DNA from: an uncultured Verrucomicrobiae bacterium
GTDB lineage: Bacteria > Verrucomicrobiota > Verrucomicrobiia > Chthoniobacterales > JAFAMB01
Length of the DNA: 64,000 bases
Reading direction: 5' to 3'
Assembly: GCA_963813025.1 (NCBI GenBank)
Contig: CAWEXO010000008.1
Coordinates: 192,001 to 256,000, forward strand
Shown: positions 39,983 through 50,788 of the stretch, in pieces
Layout of the letters: every line of letters starts with the position of its first letter
How positions within the stretch are numbered: the stretch's first letter is position 1
The notes under the pieces: model-generated
Told to the model about the DNA's origin: nothing
The model's database searches: none
The model's input: the letters and a program-made list of their open reading frames with translations, nothing else
Position numbers and translations under genes: made by a program

Positions 39983-42647
39983 ATGCGTTCACTTCCAGGA
40001 CCAGCCGATCACCAGATTGCAGTGTGTGTTGCCTTCCGAGTAGAATCACATCACCAGTCCGCTCGGCAGCACGGCCTTCCACGGTGGCCGCGCCCGCGAG
40101 TCCCGGCAGTCGAAGTCGTGATACCGCCAGTTTGCCACCCTTGACGATAAGCGTCACCGTCGGCCCTTTCAGTTCAACCACGCCCCAGCCCTGCCCGGCG
40201 GACCAAAAATAGACGCCGTCGCCGGCGCGCGCAGGCCTGAAGCCGATTTCGCCGCGCCGTTGGTCGAACGAAAGACCAGAGTAAGCATTGACCAGAGCAT
40301 AACTCGACAGCGCCCGGATGTAGTAGCTGCCGCACTCGATATCGTTCCACGGATTGCGTCGCGACCCGTCATAACGAGCGCGCGCCGCCCGCACGACGGC
40401 GAGACCCTCGTCGACCATGCCACGCTGGATCAGGTGCGAGGCGATCGCGTATTCCAGCCCGGTCCACACCTCCTCCGCATAGGGAGCCGGCACTGCCGGC
40501 TTGGTTGTCCCCTCAGGCCAAGTGCAGACGAGAAGTCCGGCTTCGCCTTCGTAAGCATAAACGCGGCAAGGATTGAAATGATCAACGAGGCTCGAACGAT
40601 AGTTTTCGTTAAACACCGAGTTGAGCGCCGTCCGTACCTTTTCCGGCGCGAGTAGATCGCCCAGGCCGGAGATATCGGCGTGCCACTGACCAAGGATCTG
40701 ATCAGTGAGACAGCCCGCACCGACCTGGTATTTGATCTCGCCGTACTCGTCAGACCAGTACGCTTCCATGAATGAGTCACTGAGCACGCCGGCCTTGCGA
40801 CGCTGAGCAAAGGGGACGAGCACCGAACGATCAAACAAATCGATCTTCTGGGTGTAGTAGCGGCCGTTGAAGAGCTCGCGATCGACATACACGCCGCCTT
40901 TTGTCGCCAGCTCGCGACACTCTTTCGCGAAAACCTCTTCATTCATCGCCTCCGCCATAATGGAGGCAGCCGTCAGCGCCGCGAGATACATCGTAGTTAG
41001 CCAGGAATTTGGGCCGAATAGTTCCATGTCGAGAGTGTGATGCTGGCGGCCCCATAGCACTCCGGTCTTGTCCGGATCCCATCTGTCCGGGTTATCCGGC
41101 GACCAGGCGTACTCCATCGCATGCCTGATATTCGGCCAATACCGCTTCAGCCACTGATCGTCACCGAGGTTCTTCCATTCGCGATAGGCTTTGACGATCG
41201 CGCCGAAATGTCCATCCGCACATGGACCGATGATATCAAACCCGGAACCGAGAGGGAGCCTCTGGCGGAAGGTCAGGCCGCCGCTCGGCAACTGATTATA
41301 GGTTAACTCTGTTTCGCGCAGCGTTCGCTCAAGGGCCGGGAAGAGATTGGCGAGTGCTTGCTGATAGTTCCAGACATGCGTGCAGCTCCCCTCACAGGAG
41401 CCTTCCTGCGGATGCTGGCCCTCCCACCCCCAGATCTCACCCCCCTCCAGCCGGATCAGTGTCGCGGAACGGAGGATCCCAAGCGTGCCATTGACCGCAT
41501 CAATGATCTCCGGCGGGAGGGATGAGCCGAAAATAGAATCACGGAAGGCGACGGTCTGCGCCTCGAGTGCGTCCCAACGCTTGAAAGCCTCCGTTCCGCT
41601 AGCTGCCGAATCGGGCCATTGAGTCGCGTAGTAGTTCTTCCACGTCGGGGGTCTGCCCTCGAACAATGGGCTGCCGGGCTGCTCGCGATTGAACCAGTAG
41701 ATGCTGCCGAGCGGATAATTCCAACTGATACCAAAGCGCACCTGCCGGGTCTCGCCAGGCGCGACGCGGACGCGCACTGCGAGCGTACCGTGCTCGGGCT
41801 GCTGGAACATATTCCTTACAGCGCGCGGTTTGTCATATTGCCGCTCCCGGAGGCGGCCTGCCCGCGCGAATTCTCGCCAGTAGAGGCTGAGACTATCGAA
41901 CCACTGACCGCGGAAATGATAATCGACATGCTCAACGTCATTTTCGTCGGTGACGATTGCGAGATCGCCTCTTTGGTCCTCCGGATCTCCCGTATCGCAC
42001 GAGGTAAAGTGCAGGAGGCTGAGCCCGTCTCTCTGGGTAAAAGTGTGGATACCGGTGTCGCACCCGTAATTACCCAGGGTCGAGGCGATCGTGTACTCAA
42101 TCAGCGCGTCGGTGTCGTTCTCAACCGAGAAGGCGAACAGCGCGGCTGGCATCGAGGAGTCTCGGTCGTCGTGCGGGATGAACGGACTGAAAGCGATCAT
42201 TCGTACGGTGCCCGGAAAGCTTGCTTGATGGAACTCGAGCTCGGCGACCGGAAAGCGACCGATGAACGTGACGTCCTCAAAGTGCGGAACTCCGGCCAGC
42301 GAATCGCGATTGGCGCCGAAACCAAATCCGTCGAACTTGCGTGCACCGGGCGAACCGGCCGGCGTTCCCTCATAGGGTCCGTTCAGGACACGAGCACCTA
42401 GTAAGTTACCCTCCTGCTCTGCCTTGATGGCGAAATGGCTGTACCCGTTGAACTGGCCGATCGCGGGTCGGTTGCGGATGCTCCAGTCGATTAGCCTGCC
42501 GCTCCCGGTCAACGACACGCTGCCGGTTCCGATACCGCCTAGCGGAAAAGCGACGTATTTGCGCCTTTGGCCGCTGTAGACGAATCGATCGTCGATGGTG
42601 TTGGACGTCGGCAACATGCCGCTGGATTTCCTGTGTTCTAATTTCAT
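39969..42647 (-). CDS. GH116 family glycoside hydrolase
   Basis: FPLGGIGTG, GSCTHVWNY, QHHTLD, DQILGQW, EVWTGLEY, ECGSYY. Confidence 0.88.
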   Translation of the reverse strand: MKLEHRKSSGMLPTSNTIDDRFVYSGQRRKYVAFPLGGIGTGSVSLTGSGRLIDWSIRNRPAIGQFNGYSHFAIKAEQEGNLLGARVLNGPYEGTPAGSPGARKFDGFGFGANRDSLAGVPHFEDVTFIGRFPVAELEFHQASFPGTVRMIAFSPFIPHDDRDSSMPAALFAFSVENDTDALIEYTIASTLGNYGCDTGIHTFTQRDGLSLLHFTSCDTGDPEDQRGDLAIVTDENDVEHVDYHFRGQWFDSLSLYWREFARAGRLRERQYDKPRAVRNMFQQPEHGTLAVRVRVAPGETRQVRFGISWNYPLGSIYWFNREQPGSPLFEGRPPTWKNYYATQWPDSAASGTEAFKRWDALEAQTVAFRDSIFGSSLPPEIIDAVNGTLGILRSATLIRLEGGEIWGWEGQHPQEGSCEGSCTHVWNYQQALANLFPALERTLRETELTYNQLPSGGLTFRQRLPLGSGFDIIGPCADGHFGAIVKAYREWKNLGDDQWLKRYWPNIRHAMEYAWSPDNPDRWDPDKTGVLWGRQHHTLDMELFGPNSWLTTMYLAALTAASIMAEAMNEEVFAKECRELATKGGVYVDRELFNGRYYTQKIDLFDRSVLVPFAQRRKAGVLSDSFMEAYWSDEYGEIKYQVGAGCLTDQILGQWHADISGLGDLLAPEKVRTALNSVFNENYRSSLVDHFNPCRVYAYEGEAGLLVCTWPEGTTKPAVPAPYAEEVWTGLEYAIASHLIQRGMVDEGLAVVRAARARYDGSRRNPWNDIECGSYYIRALSSYALVNAYSGLSFDQRRGEIGFRPARAGDGVYFWSAGQGWGVVELKGPTVTLIVKGGKLAVSRLRLPGLAGAATVEGRAAERTGDVILLGRQHTLQSGDRLVLEVNAYGQA

Positions 42648-42727
42648 TTTTGCCTGCTTGTGCCCGGGGGCTCCCTATCCTTGCGCTTTTCGCGATCGAT
42701 GTGTCCAGCCTAGCGCAGCGGCTCGCA

Positions 42728-43567
42728 CTAGTTCTTAATGCCGCTCAACGTGACGCCTTCGATCACGAGTCTCTGGGCAAGAAGGAAGATCAGGATTACG
42801 GGCAGTACGGCCATGCTCATGGCGGCCATGACCACGGAGAGATTGCCGGACGCCATATAACCGCGGAGAAGATCCATTGCGACCGGCAGGGTCATTGCCC
42901 GTTGCGGTTCAAGCAACACGCGTGCTTGGAAATAGTAGTTCCAAGTCTGAGTGAAAGTAATGATTCCCAGCGCGGAGAGCGCAGGTCTCAGTTGGGGCAG
43001 CGAAATGCGATAGAAGATTTTTAAATAGCCCGCTCCATCCATCAATGCCGCCTCTTCCAACGCCTTTGGCTGCGAAAGCATGAACTGTCGCACAAGAAAT
43101 ACACCAAAACTTGATGTTAGATACATGAGCACGAGGCCGATCGGCTGATTCAGCAGTCCGACCTTGGCAAAGCCAAGGTAGATCGGGATGATGGTCACCT
43201 GCGCGGGGAACATTAGCCCTACGAGCATCACAAAAAAGATACTGTCTCGACCGGGAAAGGTCAGCCGCGCGAAGGCGAAGGCGGCCAGCGTGCAAGTAAC
43301 GAGCTGGCCGAGCGTGACGAGCACGGCGACTTCGATGCTATTCCAATAGATCTGCAGGAAAGGGACGCTGGAATGCAGCACGGTCCAGTAGTTCTTAAAA
43401 TCGAGGCTGGGCGGCAGGAAGCTCGGCGGCATTTTGTAGGCTTCCGCCGGTGATCGGAACGACATGCTGAACAACCAGGCAAAGGGCAAGAGCATGAACA
43501 CGCCCAACACCGCCATCACAGCAATGATAATCCGATCGATCCAACGCTTTGCGGCTTTGGTTTCCAT
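42728..43567 (-). CDS. Carbohydrate ABC permease (MalG-like)
   Basis: LEEAALMDGAG; start METK follows the upstream stop. Confidence 0.9.
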   Translation of the reverse strand: METKAAKRWIDRIIIAVMAVLGVFMLLPFAWLFSMSFRSPAEAYKMPPSFLPPSLDFKNYWTVLHSSVPFLQIYWNSIEVAVLVTLGQLVTCTLAAFAFARLTFPGRDSIFFVMLVGLMFPAQVTIIPIYLGFAKVGLLNQPIGLVLMYLTSSFGVFLVRQFMLSQPKALEEAALMDGAGYLKIFYRISLPQLRPALSALGIITFTQTWNYYFQARVLLEPQRAMTLPVAMDLLRGYMASGNLSVVMAAMSMAVLPVILIFLLAQRLVIEGVTLSGIKN

Positions 43568-43569
43568 GC

Positions 43570-44490
43570 TCAATACCGGACCCATCGCCCCGAGGCGAGA
43601 AGCTGAATGGACGTGATGATCAGGATAAGCAAGGTCATGATGACAGAGACGGCCGCGCCGTAGCCAATCTCAAAGCTGCCAAACGCTTCTTCAACAATGT
43701 GAATAGACATCGAGCGCGTCGCGTCACCGGGACCGCCCTGGGTCAGGATGACGATCGACTCGTAGACCTGCAGTGCGCCAATCGAGGCATAGACGATGGC
43801 GAAAAAGACCACCGGCGAGATCCACGGCAACACAATGCGAAAGAACCGCCGCCAGTAAGAGGCTTCGTCCATAGTCGCAGCGTCCATGATCGCCTTCGGC
43901 ACGCCCTGCAGCGCAGCGATGAAGATGATCATGAAAAAGCCGGCATTCTTCCAGATGTCCATGATGACAATCGACATCATCGCCGTTCGGCTCGATGTCA
44001 GCCAGTGGACCGGCGCGAAGCCAAGCCGGATCAGGTAGTAGTTGATGACCCCGAGATCGTCGCCATAGAAATAGCCCCACACGATTGAGACAAAAGCGGC
44101 AGCGATGATCACTGGCAGAAAATAGGCGAGGCGGAACAGATAGAGAAGAAACGCCGGCATCGCACGATTGAGGGCGAGCGCGAACAGGAGCCCGACGGTG
44201 ACATTTCCCGTCACCGCGAAGATCGCGAACCAGAGCGTGTTCCAGAAAATCTGAAGCGACCGATCACCAGTAAAGAAACGTCGAAAATTCTCCAACCCAA
44301 CCCAGCGCGAGCCGGCCATCGGATCGTAGTAGGTGAAGCTGAGCACGAAGGTCAGAATAACCGGAGCCAGCACAAAAACCGCGTAGAGCGCAAACGAGGG
44401 CAGGATGAAAAGGTAACCGGCCCGTCTTTGCGCTCTCCGCAGCTCGGATCCGGTCCGCCTCCCAAGAGGCTCAATCGTGCTTGCGCTCAA
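43570..44490 (-). CDS. Carbohydrate ABC permease (MalF-like)
   Basis: DAATMDEAS, TQGGPG. Confidence 0.9.
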   Translation of the reverse strand: MSASTIEPLGRRTGSELRRAQRRAGYLFILPSFALYAVFVLAPVILTFVLSFTYYDPMAGSRWVGLENFRRFFTGDRSLQIFWNTLWFAIFAVTGNVTVGLLFALALNRAMPAFLLYLFRLAYFLPVIIAAAFVSIVWGYFYGDDLGVINYYLIRLGFAPVHWLTSSRTAMMSIVIMDIWKNAGFFMIIFIAALQGVPKAIMDAATMDEASYWRRFFRIVLPWISPVVFFAIVYASIGALQVYESIVILTQGGPGDATRSMSIHIVEEAFGSFEIGYGAAVSVIMTLLILIITSIQLLASGRWVRY

Positions 44491-44583
44491 TCAAATGCGA
44501 CGCCTTTCGTCGTCACCCGGAGTTTGCGCTCTCCACCGCGGAAATCTCCCAACCGCGTTAGCGTGCGAGATTTTCAGATCAGT

Positions 44584-45850
44584 CTATTTGGCTTCGTGAG
44601 CGGCGAGTCGTTTGAACGATTCGTTCAATTCATGATCGGCGCGCTTGACGCCATCCGCGATCGAGATTTCGCCTGACATCATCGCGGTGTAGTTGCGGAT
44701 GAAGATTTTTTCGATTTCCTGAAAATTGGCCGGCGATGGCACCGGCAGCGTGTGCGGCAAAGTCTGATAATACAGCGCTGCACTCGGCGGGAACGCGAGG
44801 AAAGCCGGCGTCTCAGCGGCCGATTTTCGCCCAGGGATGCCCCCTCCGCCTTCGCCCTCTTCCTTCTGCGTTTCGAAGCTCGTGAGTTCGCCGACAAGCT
44901 CCTTGGCAAGATCCGGATTTTTCGACATCTTGGAGATTCCATAGCCGCCGAACCCGATGACGGTGTAGTCATTCACTTTGGTCGGCGGAATAGCGATATC
45001 CATGTCGAGCTTGGCCGCCTTCGCGTTCTGCACGATCCAATGGCCGCGCGAGATCATCGCAACCTGTCCAGCCTTGAATTGGTTGTCCATCGTGTTCTTC
45101 CCGGGAATCGGCGACACTTTATCGACATGGATCAGGTCATGGAGGAATTGCAGCGACTCGGACACTTTGGGGTCAAGCATGTTGGATGCGGTCCAGTCGG
45201 CGTTCAGGATTGACGTTCCGTTCGAATAGAACCACGGCTGCACGAAGAAGAACTGGTTAGGGACCTCGTAACCGAATTGAGTCACGTTCCCTGCCGCGTC
45301 GCGGACAGTCAATTTCTTTGGCGACCTCCCGGAACTGATCCCACGTCCAGCCTGTCTTGGGAAACTCAACGCCGGCATCCTTAAACAGTTTCCGGTTGTA
45401 GTTGATCATGATGTTGTTCCAGCCGATCGGAATAAAGTAGTTTTTGCCCTTATAGGATGCGTATTTGAAGAGGGCCGGATCGAAATCGGAATAGCTCGGA
45501 TGGCTCGCAATGTAATCATCGAGCGGAATGAACATATTGCGTGTCTCGAATGTCCTGAACGTTTCGATCGCCGTCCCGTAGACGTCGTAGGCATTGTTTG
45601 CGTTGAACTGCGACAGAACGCGGGTGACGTAGTCGCCCCAGCCGTTTGATATTGGATCGATGGCAATCTCGACTTTTGCGTTGGGATACTTCTGATTGAA
45701 TCGGGCGACGGCGTTGGTGACCGCTTTAAGCTCGGCGGCGTTGCCAAAGGCCATCAGGCGCAAATTGGCGGAAACGTCGGAGGCGAAACCGTTACTTGAA
45801 GCCAGCGCAAAGCCGGCCGCGAGCAGAAAGGTAGAAATTTTAGATTTCAC
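44584..45850 (-). CDS. Sugar ABC substrate-binding protein (one frameshift near 45318)
   Basis: Signal peptide, INYNRKLF, WTWDQFREVAK continuing as KLTVRDAAG in the next frame. Confidence 0.85.
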
Positions 45851-45877
45851 GGGGGGAAGAAGCTTGAAAACGCCGCC

Positions 45878-45893
45878 ATGTTAGCGCAAACAT
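45878..45893. promoter_or_regulatory. LacI-family operator
   Basis: Near-perfect palindrome ATGTTAGCGCAAACAT with central CG, between the SBP gene and the divergent LacI gene. Confidence 0.7.
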
Positions 45894-46051
45894 CCTCAGG
45901 CGTCAAACGCGATCGTGGATCGTTTTAAGAACTTCTGTCCTTCACCTCAATCTCCTGGAGAGCCGAGCTGGTCGGCTTGAACAAATGACCGCTCTTATCG
46001 GTTTCCAGGTGAACTAGCGATTCCGGCCGCCGAAATCCTCGAATCGAATCT

Positions 46052-47086
46052 ATGATCCATCGTTCTCCAGCCGATGCACGACGCCCAACTCTCGATGATG
46101 TCGCCAAGCTGATAGGCCTCTCCCACCAAACCGTGTCCCGCGTCATTAATAATCATCCAAGAGTTCTTCCGGAAACTCGACAACGTGTCCTCCGGGCAAT
46201 CGACGCGATTGGCTACAAGCCAAACCAGGCTGCCAGATTTCTCGCCAATCGTCGCTCCACATTGATCGGCCTGGTGACCGATGACCCAGGAGTTTACGGG
46301 CCTGCTCACGCGATTCTCAGCCTCGAGCAGCAAGCTCGATTACATGGATATACGCTCATGATTTTTGGGCTGCGGAATCTGACCATTGTGGACGCCAAGG
46401 CCGGCGCCGAAGAACTAGTCGCGAACTCAGCGGAAGGACTGATCGTAGATGTTCCTGTCGAAATCGACCGGGCGGAGCTTGCGGCGGCAATGGGAAACAT
46501 ACCATTTGTGACGCTCGACATCGACGGAGGCGCACTATTCCCATCGTTTCGCGTGGACCATATTCGCGGTTCCAGGTTGGCCACTCGTCATTTGATTTCG
46601 CTCGGCCACACTCGGATTGCCGGACTGCTCGGTCACAAACCGTATCGCAGCTCAAAGCTCCGACGAAAAGGTTGGCTTGCCGAGCTGCGTAGGGCGGGGC
46701 TAGAGGCCGGTCCGGCCAGATATACTCCTTGGACGCCCGACGGCGGTTACGATGCAACCAAAGAACTGATCAAAACCGCGATCGGAAAATTCACGGCAAT
46801 TTTCGCCGCAAACGATTTGATTGCGATGGGAGCTCTTCTCGCGCTGCATGAGGCCGGCATCGCGGTCCCTGAAGAAGTCTCCGTAGTCGGCTTTGATAAT
46901 ATGCCCGAGGGCCGTTTTTTTTATCCACCACTAACGACAGCAACCTCCGATTTCGACGTGATGGCCCGCGAAAGTCTCGACATCCTGTTTGCTAGAATGC
47001 GCGGGACGCCGGGCGCCATGCTCCGCCGAGTGTTTCGACCAGAGATGATGATCCGCAAAAGCACCGCGCCGCCCCCCGGTGTTTGA
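46052..47086 (+). CDS. LacI family transcriptional regulator
   Basis: PTLDDVAKLIGLSHQTVSRVIN, GYKPNQAAR, ANDLIAMG, SVVGFD. Confidence 0.95.
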   Translation: MIHRSPADARRPTLDDVAKLIGLSHQTVSRVINNHPRVLPETRQRVLRAIDAIGYKPNQAARFLANRRSTLIGLVTDDPGVYGPAHAILSLEQQARLHGYTLMIFGLRNLTIVDAKAGAEELVANSAEGLIVDVPVEIDRAELAAAMGNIPFVTLDIDGGALFPSFRVDHIRGSRLATRHLISLGHTRIAGLLGHKPYRSSKLRRKGWLAELRRAGLEAGPARYTPWTPDGGYDATKELIKTAIGKFTAIFAANDLIAMGALLALHEAGIAVPEEVSVVGFDNMPEGRFFYPPLTTATSDFDVMARESLDILFARMRGTPGAMLRRVFRPEMMIRKSTAPPPGV

Positions 47087-47170
47087 AGCAGGACCGCACT
47101 AATTCCCCAGCAGCCGAAGATGCTCGCGGATCCGGTCTCCTTTCTTGTGAGTCCCTGCTACAGAATCTTC

Positions 47171-48175
47171 TCAATCCCGCACCCTAGTCGAACGAATTCG
47201 GCGTTGGAGCCGGTTCGCCACCATCACCACCACCAATAGCACGCCGTACAGAAGGTCCCGGGCGAAATTGTTCACTGAGAGCAGATTCAAGCCGCTGGAA
47301 AGAAATTGGAGGGAAAGGACAGCGAGGACCAAACCGAAAACTGTCCCGGAGCCGCCGTTCGGGTTAACGCCTGCCAGAATATTGATCAGCACGGCCAGGA
47401 GCAGGTAGGAGGTGCCGTAATCCGGGTTTGCGCTGTTGGCTCGGGCGAGGATCACGAGCCCGGCGCACGAGGCCATCAAACCGCTTAAAATGTAGGTCAG
47501 CATTAAAACCCGAAAAGTCGGGATTCCGGCAAAGGGAGCGGCTCGCGAATTCGTGCCGTAGAGCCGCATCTGCGTACCCAGAAGCATACGCGCCGTGACG
47601 AGGTAGATGACGCCGAGCGCCACAAGGAAAACCAGCAGCGGCACCGGAACTCCGAAGATTGCGCCGTTACCAATCGAAGCATATGAGGTGGGCAGGCCAG
47701 TGACAGAACTGCCTTTCGTCAGAATAATGCCGATGCCGGCAAAAAGCTGAAGTGTCCCCAGCGTTGCGAGGATCGCAGGCAACCTGCAGCCAGCAATAAG
47801 AAGACCGTTGACTGATCCGGCAACCGCACCGACCAGGAAGGCAGCGGGGACGGCCAGCCACAAAAATTGGTGCGTCAGGCTCCGCATCAGAAAAGCAGCG
47901 GCGATAGCGCTTAGGTTGGCCACGCTCACCACGCTGAGATCGATGCCGCCGGTCAGCATGGTTGGATGAATAGCCAGCGCGAGAATTGCAAACTCCGGGA
48001 GTTGGTAAGCCATGGAGCTAAGATTCGCCCCAGAAAGGAACGCCGCTGGGCTAAGAGCACAAAAGGCCAGAAAAATCACGATCGTGAAAACGGCCAGCCG
48101 GAGGACATAGCGACTGTTTTCGGACAACCCGCGTGAACCTTGTTCTGGAGGGTAGCGAAGGATTTTTCGGTTCAC
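47171..48175 (-). CDS. Monosaccharide ABC permease (RbsC-like)
   Basis: TGGIDLSV, PAILATLGT, GVNPNGGSG. Confidence 0.9.
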   Translation of the reverse strand: MNRKILRYPPEQGSRGLSENSRYVLRLAVFTIVIFLAFCALSPAAFLSGANLSSMAYQLPEFAILALAIHPTMLTGGIDLSVVSVANLSAIAAAFLMRSLTHQFLWLAVPAAFLVGAVAGSVNGLLIAGCRLPAILATLGTLQLFAGIGIILTKGSSVTGLPTSYASIGNGAIFGVPVPLLVFLVALGVIYLVTARMLLGTQMRLYGTNSRAAPFAGIPTFRVLMLTYILSGLMASCAGLVILARANSANPDYGTSYLLLAVLINILAGVNPNGGSGTVFGLVLAVLSLQFLSSGLNLLSVNNFARDLLYGVLLVVVMVANRLQRRIRSTRVRD

Positions 48176-48225
48176 GGCTGGAAAGCGTTTAACAAGAAAT
48201 ATTTCTTCGAGCCAGTTGAAACACC

Positions 48226-48237
48226 GAAAACGTTTTC
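48226..48237. promoter_or_regulatory. Candidate LacI-type operator
   Basis: Perfect palindrome GAAAACGTTTTC in the divergent intergenic region, with a second related site GAAAGCGTTTAA at 48181. Confidence 0.45.
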
Positions 48238-48300
48238 TTGATCTCGGTTTGCTCGAATCGTAAACTCGCGGCCCCCTACTCTCACTTCCCCTTCAAGATC

Positions 48301-49293
48301 ATGAGACTTAAATTCCTTGTTCCAGCTTTTTTGGTGGTTGGCATCGCCTTTATCACCGCGCATTCCAGTTCTGCCGACGATAAGAAGTATAACCTGGCAA
48401 CCGTTGTAAAGATCAGCGGCATCAACTGGTTCAATCACATGGAAAGCGGCGTGAAAAAATTCGCTCAGGATACCGGCAACCAAACCGTCCAACTCGGTCC
48501 GCCGGTTACCGACTCCGCCCAGCAAAATCAGATAATTGAGGATCTCATCGCCAAAAAGGTGGACGCGATTTGCGTTGTGCCCTTTCAACCACCAGCGATG
48601 GAACCGGTTCTCAAAAAGGCTCTGGACAATCACATCGTGGTTGTCACTCACGAAGCCTCAAACATTCAAAATGCTGATTACGACCTGGAGGCTTTCGATA
48701 ACACGGCTTTTGGCGAGCACATCATGGAGAATCTCGCGCAGCGGATGAACTACGAGGGCGAGTATGCCGTCTTTGTCGGGAGCCTTACCTCAAAAACTCA
48801 CAATGAATGGGCAGACGGTGCAATTGCTCTGCAGAAGAAGAAATATCCGAAAATGAAGCTGGCGGTCGACAAGATCGAGACCAATGACGACCAACAGGTC
48901 TCCTACGCCAAAGCCAAGGAACTGCTCAGGTCCCATCCGAACATTAAAGGGTTCCAGGGCAGCGCTTCAACCGACGCACCTGGATGCGGTTTGGCTGTCG
49001 AAGAAGCAGGACTGCAGGATAAAGTCGTTGTGGTCGGCACGGGCGTTCCTTCGCTGGTCAAAAAATATCTACCCAGTGGGGCAGTACGCATGATCTCGTT
49101 CTGGGACTCCGCGGTTGCGGGTTACGCGATGAACAAGATTGCCGTCATGGTGCTCAACGGACAAAAAGTCACCGACGGAATGAACCTTGGTCTGCCCGGC
49201 TACGAAAAAATTAGACTGGTGAACAACAAGGTCATTTACGGCGCGGGGTGGATCGATTGCACCAAGGACAATATGGATAAGTTTGACTTTTAA
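48301..49293 (+). CDS. LsrB/rhamnose-like monosaccharide substrate-binding protein
   Basis: ATVVKISGINWF, QIIEDLIAKKVDAICVVP, FWD. Confidence 0.85.
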   Translation: MRLKFLVPAFLVVGIAFITAHSSSADDKKYNLATVVKISGINWFNHMESGVKKFAQDTGNQTVQLGPPVTDSAQQNQIIEDLIAKKVDAICVVPFQPPAMEPVLKKALDNHIVVVTHEASNIQNADYDLEAFDNTAFGEHIMENLAQRMNYEGEYAVFVGSLTSKTHNEWADGAIALQKKKYPKMKLAVDKIETNDDQQVSYAKAKELLRSHPNIKGFQGSASTDAPGCGLAVEEAGLQDKVVVVGTGVPSLVKKYLPSGAVRMISFWDSAVAGYAMNKIAVMVLNGQKVTDGMNLGLPGYEKIRLVNNKVIYGAGWIDCTKDNMDKFDF

Positions 49294-50785
49294 ACCCTTG
49301 GCGTCGCTACTCGCCCAGAAAGTTTCCAAGACTTACGTCCGTGTCCCTGTTCTCCGGGACGTGACTCTGTCCGTTGAGCACGCGTCGGTTCACTGTCTCG
49401 CGGGCGAAAACGGGTCAGGAAAATCTACCCTGATCAAGATTATCGCCGGTACGTTGAAAGCCGACGAGGGAAAGATCTTTATCGACGGTCAAGACGCAAC
49501 CCGGGTAAACGCCTTGGGACGAATTGATCTCGGGCTCAGCGTCATTTACCAGGATTTTTCGCTGCTCCCGAATTTGTCGGTTTTCGAGAACATCATTTTT
49601 CTGGACAGCATTTCCCGACATCGCCGGCTGGTAGACTTTCGACGAATGCGAAGCCAGGCCAAGGAGATCTTGGAAAGAATGAGGGTGCGTATTCCCTTGG
49701 ATGCTTTGGTAGAAGAGTTGCCCGTTTCCAACCAGCAACTCGTCGCGATTGCTCGCGCTCTAAGCAATCGTTCAAAGGTCATCATCATGGATGAACCGAC
49801 CTCAGCGCTGACCAGACGCGAAGTTCGTGCACTTTTCCAGATTGTACATACGATCCGCGAGGACAGCGTCAGCTTTATCTTCGTCACGCATAAACTGGAG
49901 GAGATTTATGAGATCTGCGACCACGTGACTGTGATTAGAAATGGGGAAATAGTGACTGCCGGGGTTATCACGAACTACAGCACGGCCCAGCTGAGCGAGG
50001 CGATCACCGGTCGCCAGATCCAGATTGAGCGTATCCAGCCAGCCCGCCCGCCGGTCGATGTACCTCCTTTGCTTCAAGTGGATTCTTTGACGACAGAGCC
50101 GTTTTACCGCGACGTTAGCTTCCAGGTTAGACATGGCGAGATTGTTGGCCTGACCGGCTTACTCGGGTCAGGGCGATCCGAACTGGCTCTGGGTTTAGCC
50201 GGGAAGATACCTCCTGATTCCGGCACAATGCGGCTCGATGGAGAAGAGATCCGTCCTCGGAACGTGCGTGAGGCGCAACGGCTCGGAGTCGGCTACGTTC
50301 CGGAAGATCGCCTGAGTGAAGGCCTCTTTCTAGAACAGGAGATTTTTAAGAACATGCTCATCGCGAACATGGGCCCGCGCACTCAGTTTGGCCTTCTTGA
50401 CCAGGAACAGTTACGTCGCGATGGCGAAGGTTATCTCCGGCAGCTGGAGATCAAGGCACGAAACGGTCGTGACCCAGTGCAAACTCTTTCTGGCGGCAAC
50501 CAACAGCGAGTCCTGATCGCTCGTTACCTGGACTTGCATCCCAAGCTTCTCATCATGAACGGCCCGACCATCGGGGTTGACGTCGGATCAAAACACGAGA
50601 TTCACCTTTTGATTGCCAAACTGGCGGAAGCTGGAACCGGAATCCTGGTGGTTTCGGATGATCTGCCTGAACTGCTTAGTCTCTGCCATAGAATCCTCGT
50701 CATCGCTGATGGCAAATTGACGAACGAACACACCGCGCTTGATCTGGACCTCCAGACCTTGGGGCGCGAGATAACGATGGAGTAG
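49283..50785 (+). CDS. Monosaccharide ABC ATP-binding protein (two-domain RbsA-like)
   Basis: GENGSGKS, MDEPT, VPEDR, LSGGNQQ; start uncertain. Confidence 0.92.
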   Translation: MTFKPLASLLAQKVSKTYVRVPVLRDVTLSVEHASVHCLAGENGSGKSTLIKIIAGTLKADEGKIFIDGQDATRVNALGRIDLGLSVIYQDFSLLPNLSVFENIIFLDSISRHRRLVDFRRMRSQAKEILERMRVRIPLDALVEELPVSNQQLVAIARALSNRSKVIIMDEPTSALTRREVRALFQIVHTIREDSVSFIFVTHKLEEIYEICDHVTVIRNGEIVTAGVITNYSTAQLSEAITGRQIQIERIQPARPPVDVPPLLQVDSLTTEPFYRDVSFQVRHGEIVGLTGLLGSGRSELALGLAGKIPPDSGTMRLDGEEIRPRNVREAQRLGVGYVPEDRLSEGLFLEQEIFKNMLIANMGPRTQFGLLDQEQLRRDGEGYLRQLEIKARNGRDPVQTLSGGNQQRVLIARYLDLHPKLLIMNGPTIGVDVGSKHEIHLLIAKLAEAGTGILVVSDDLPELLSLCHRILVIADGKLTNEHTALDLDLQTLGREITME

Positions 50786-50788
50786 GAT

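Noticed and set aside
45300..45330. Programmed frameshift in the SBP gene
   Set aside because: There is no biological rationale; one extra base in a short run is better explained as a sequencing error or point lesion.
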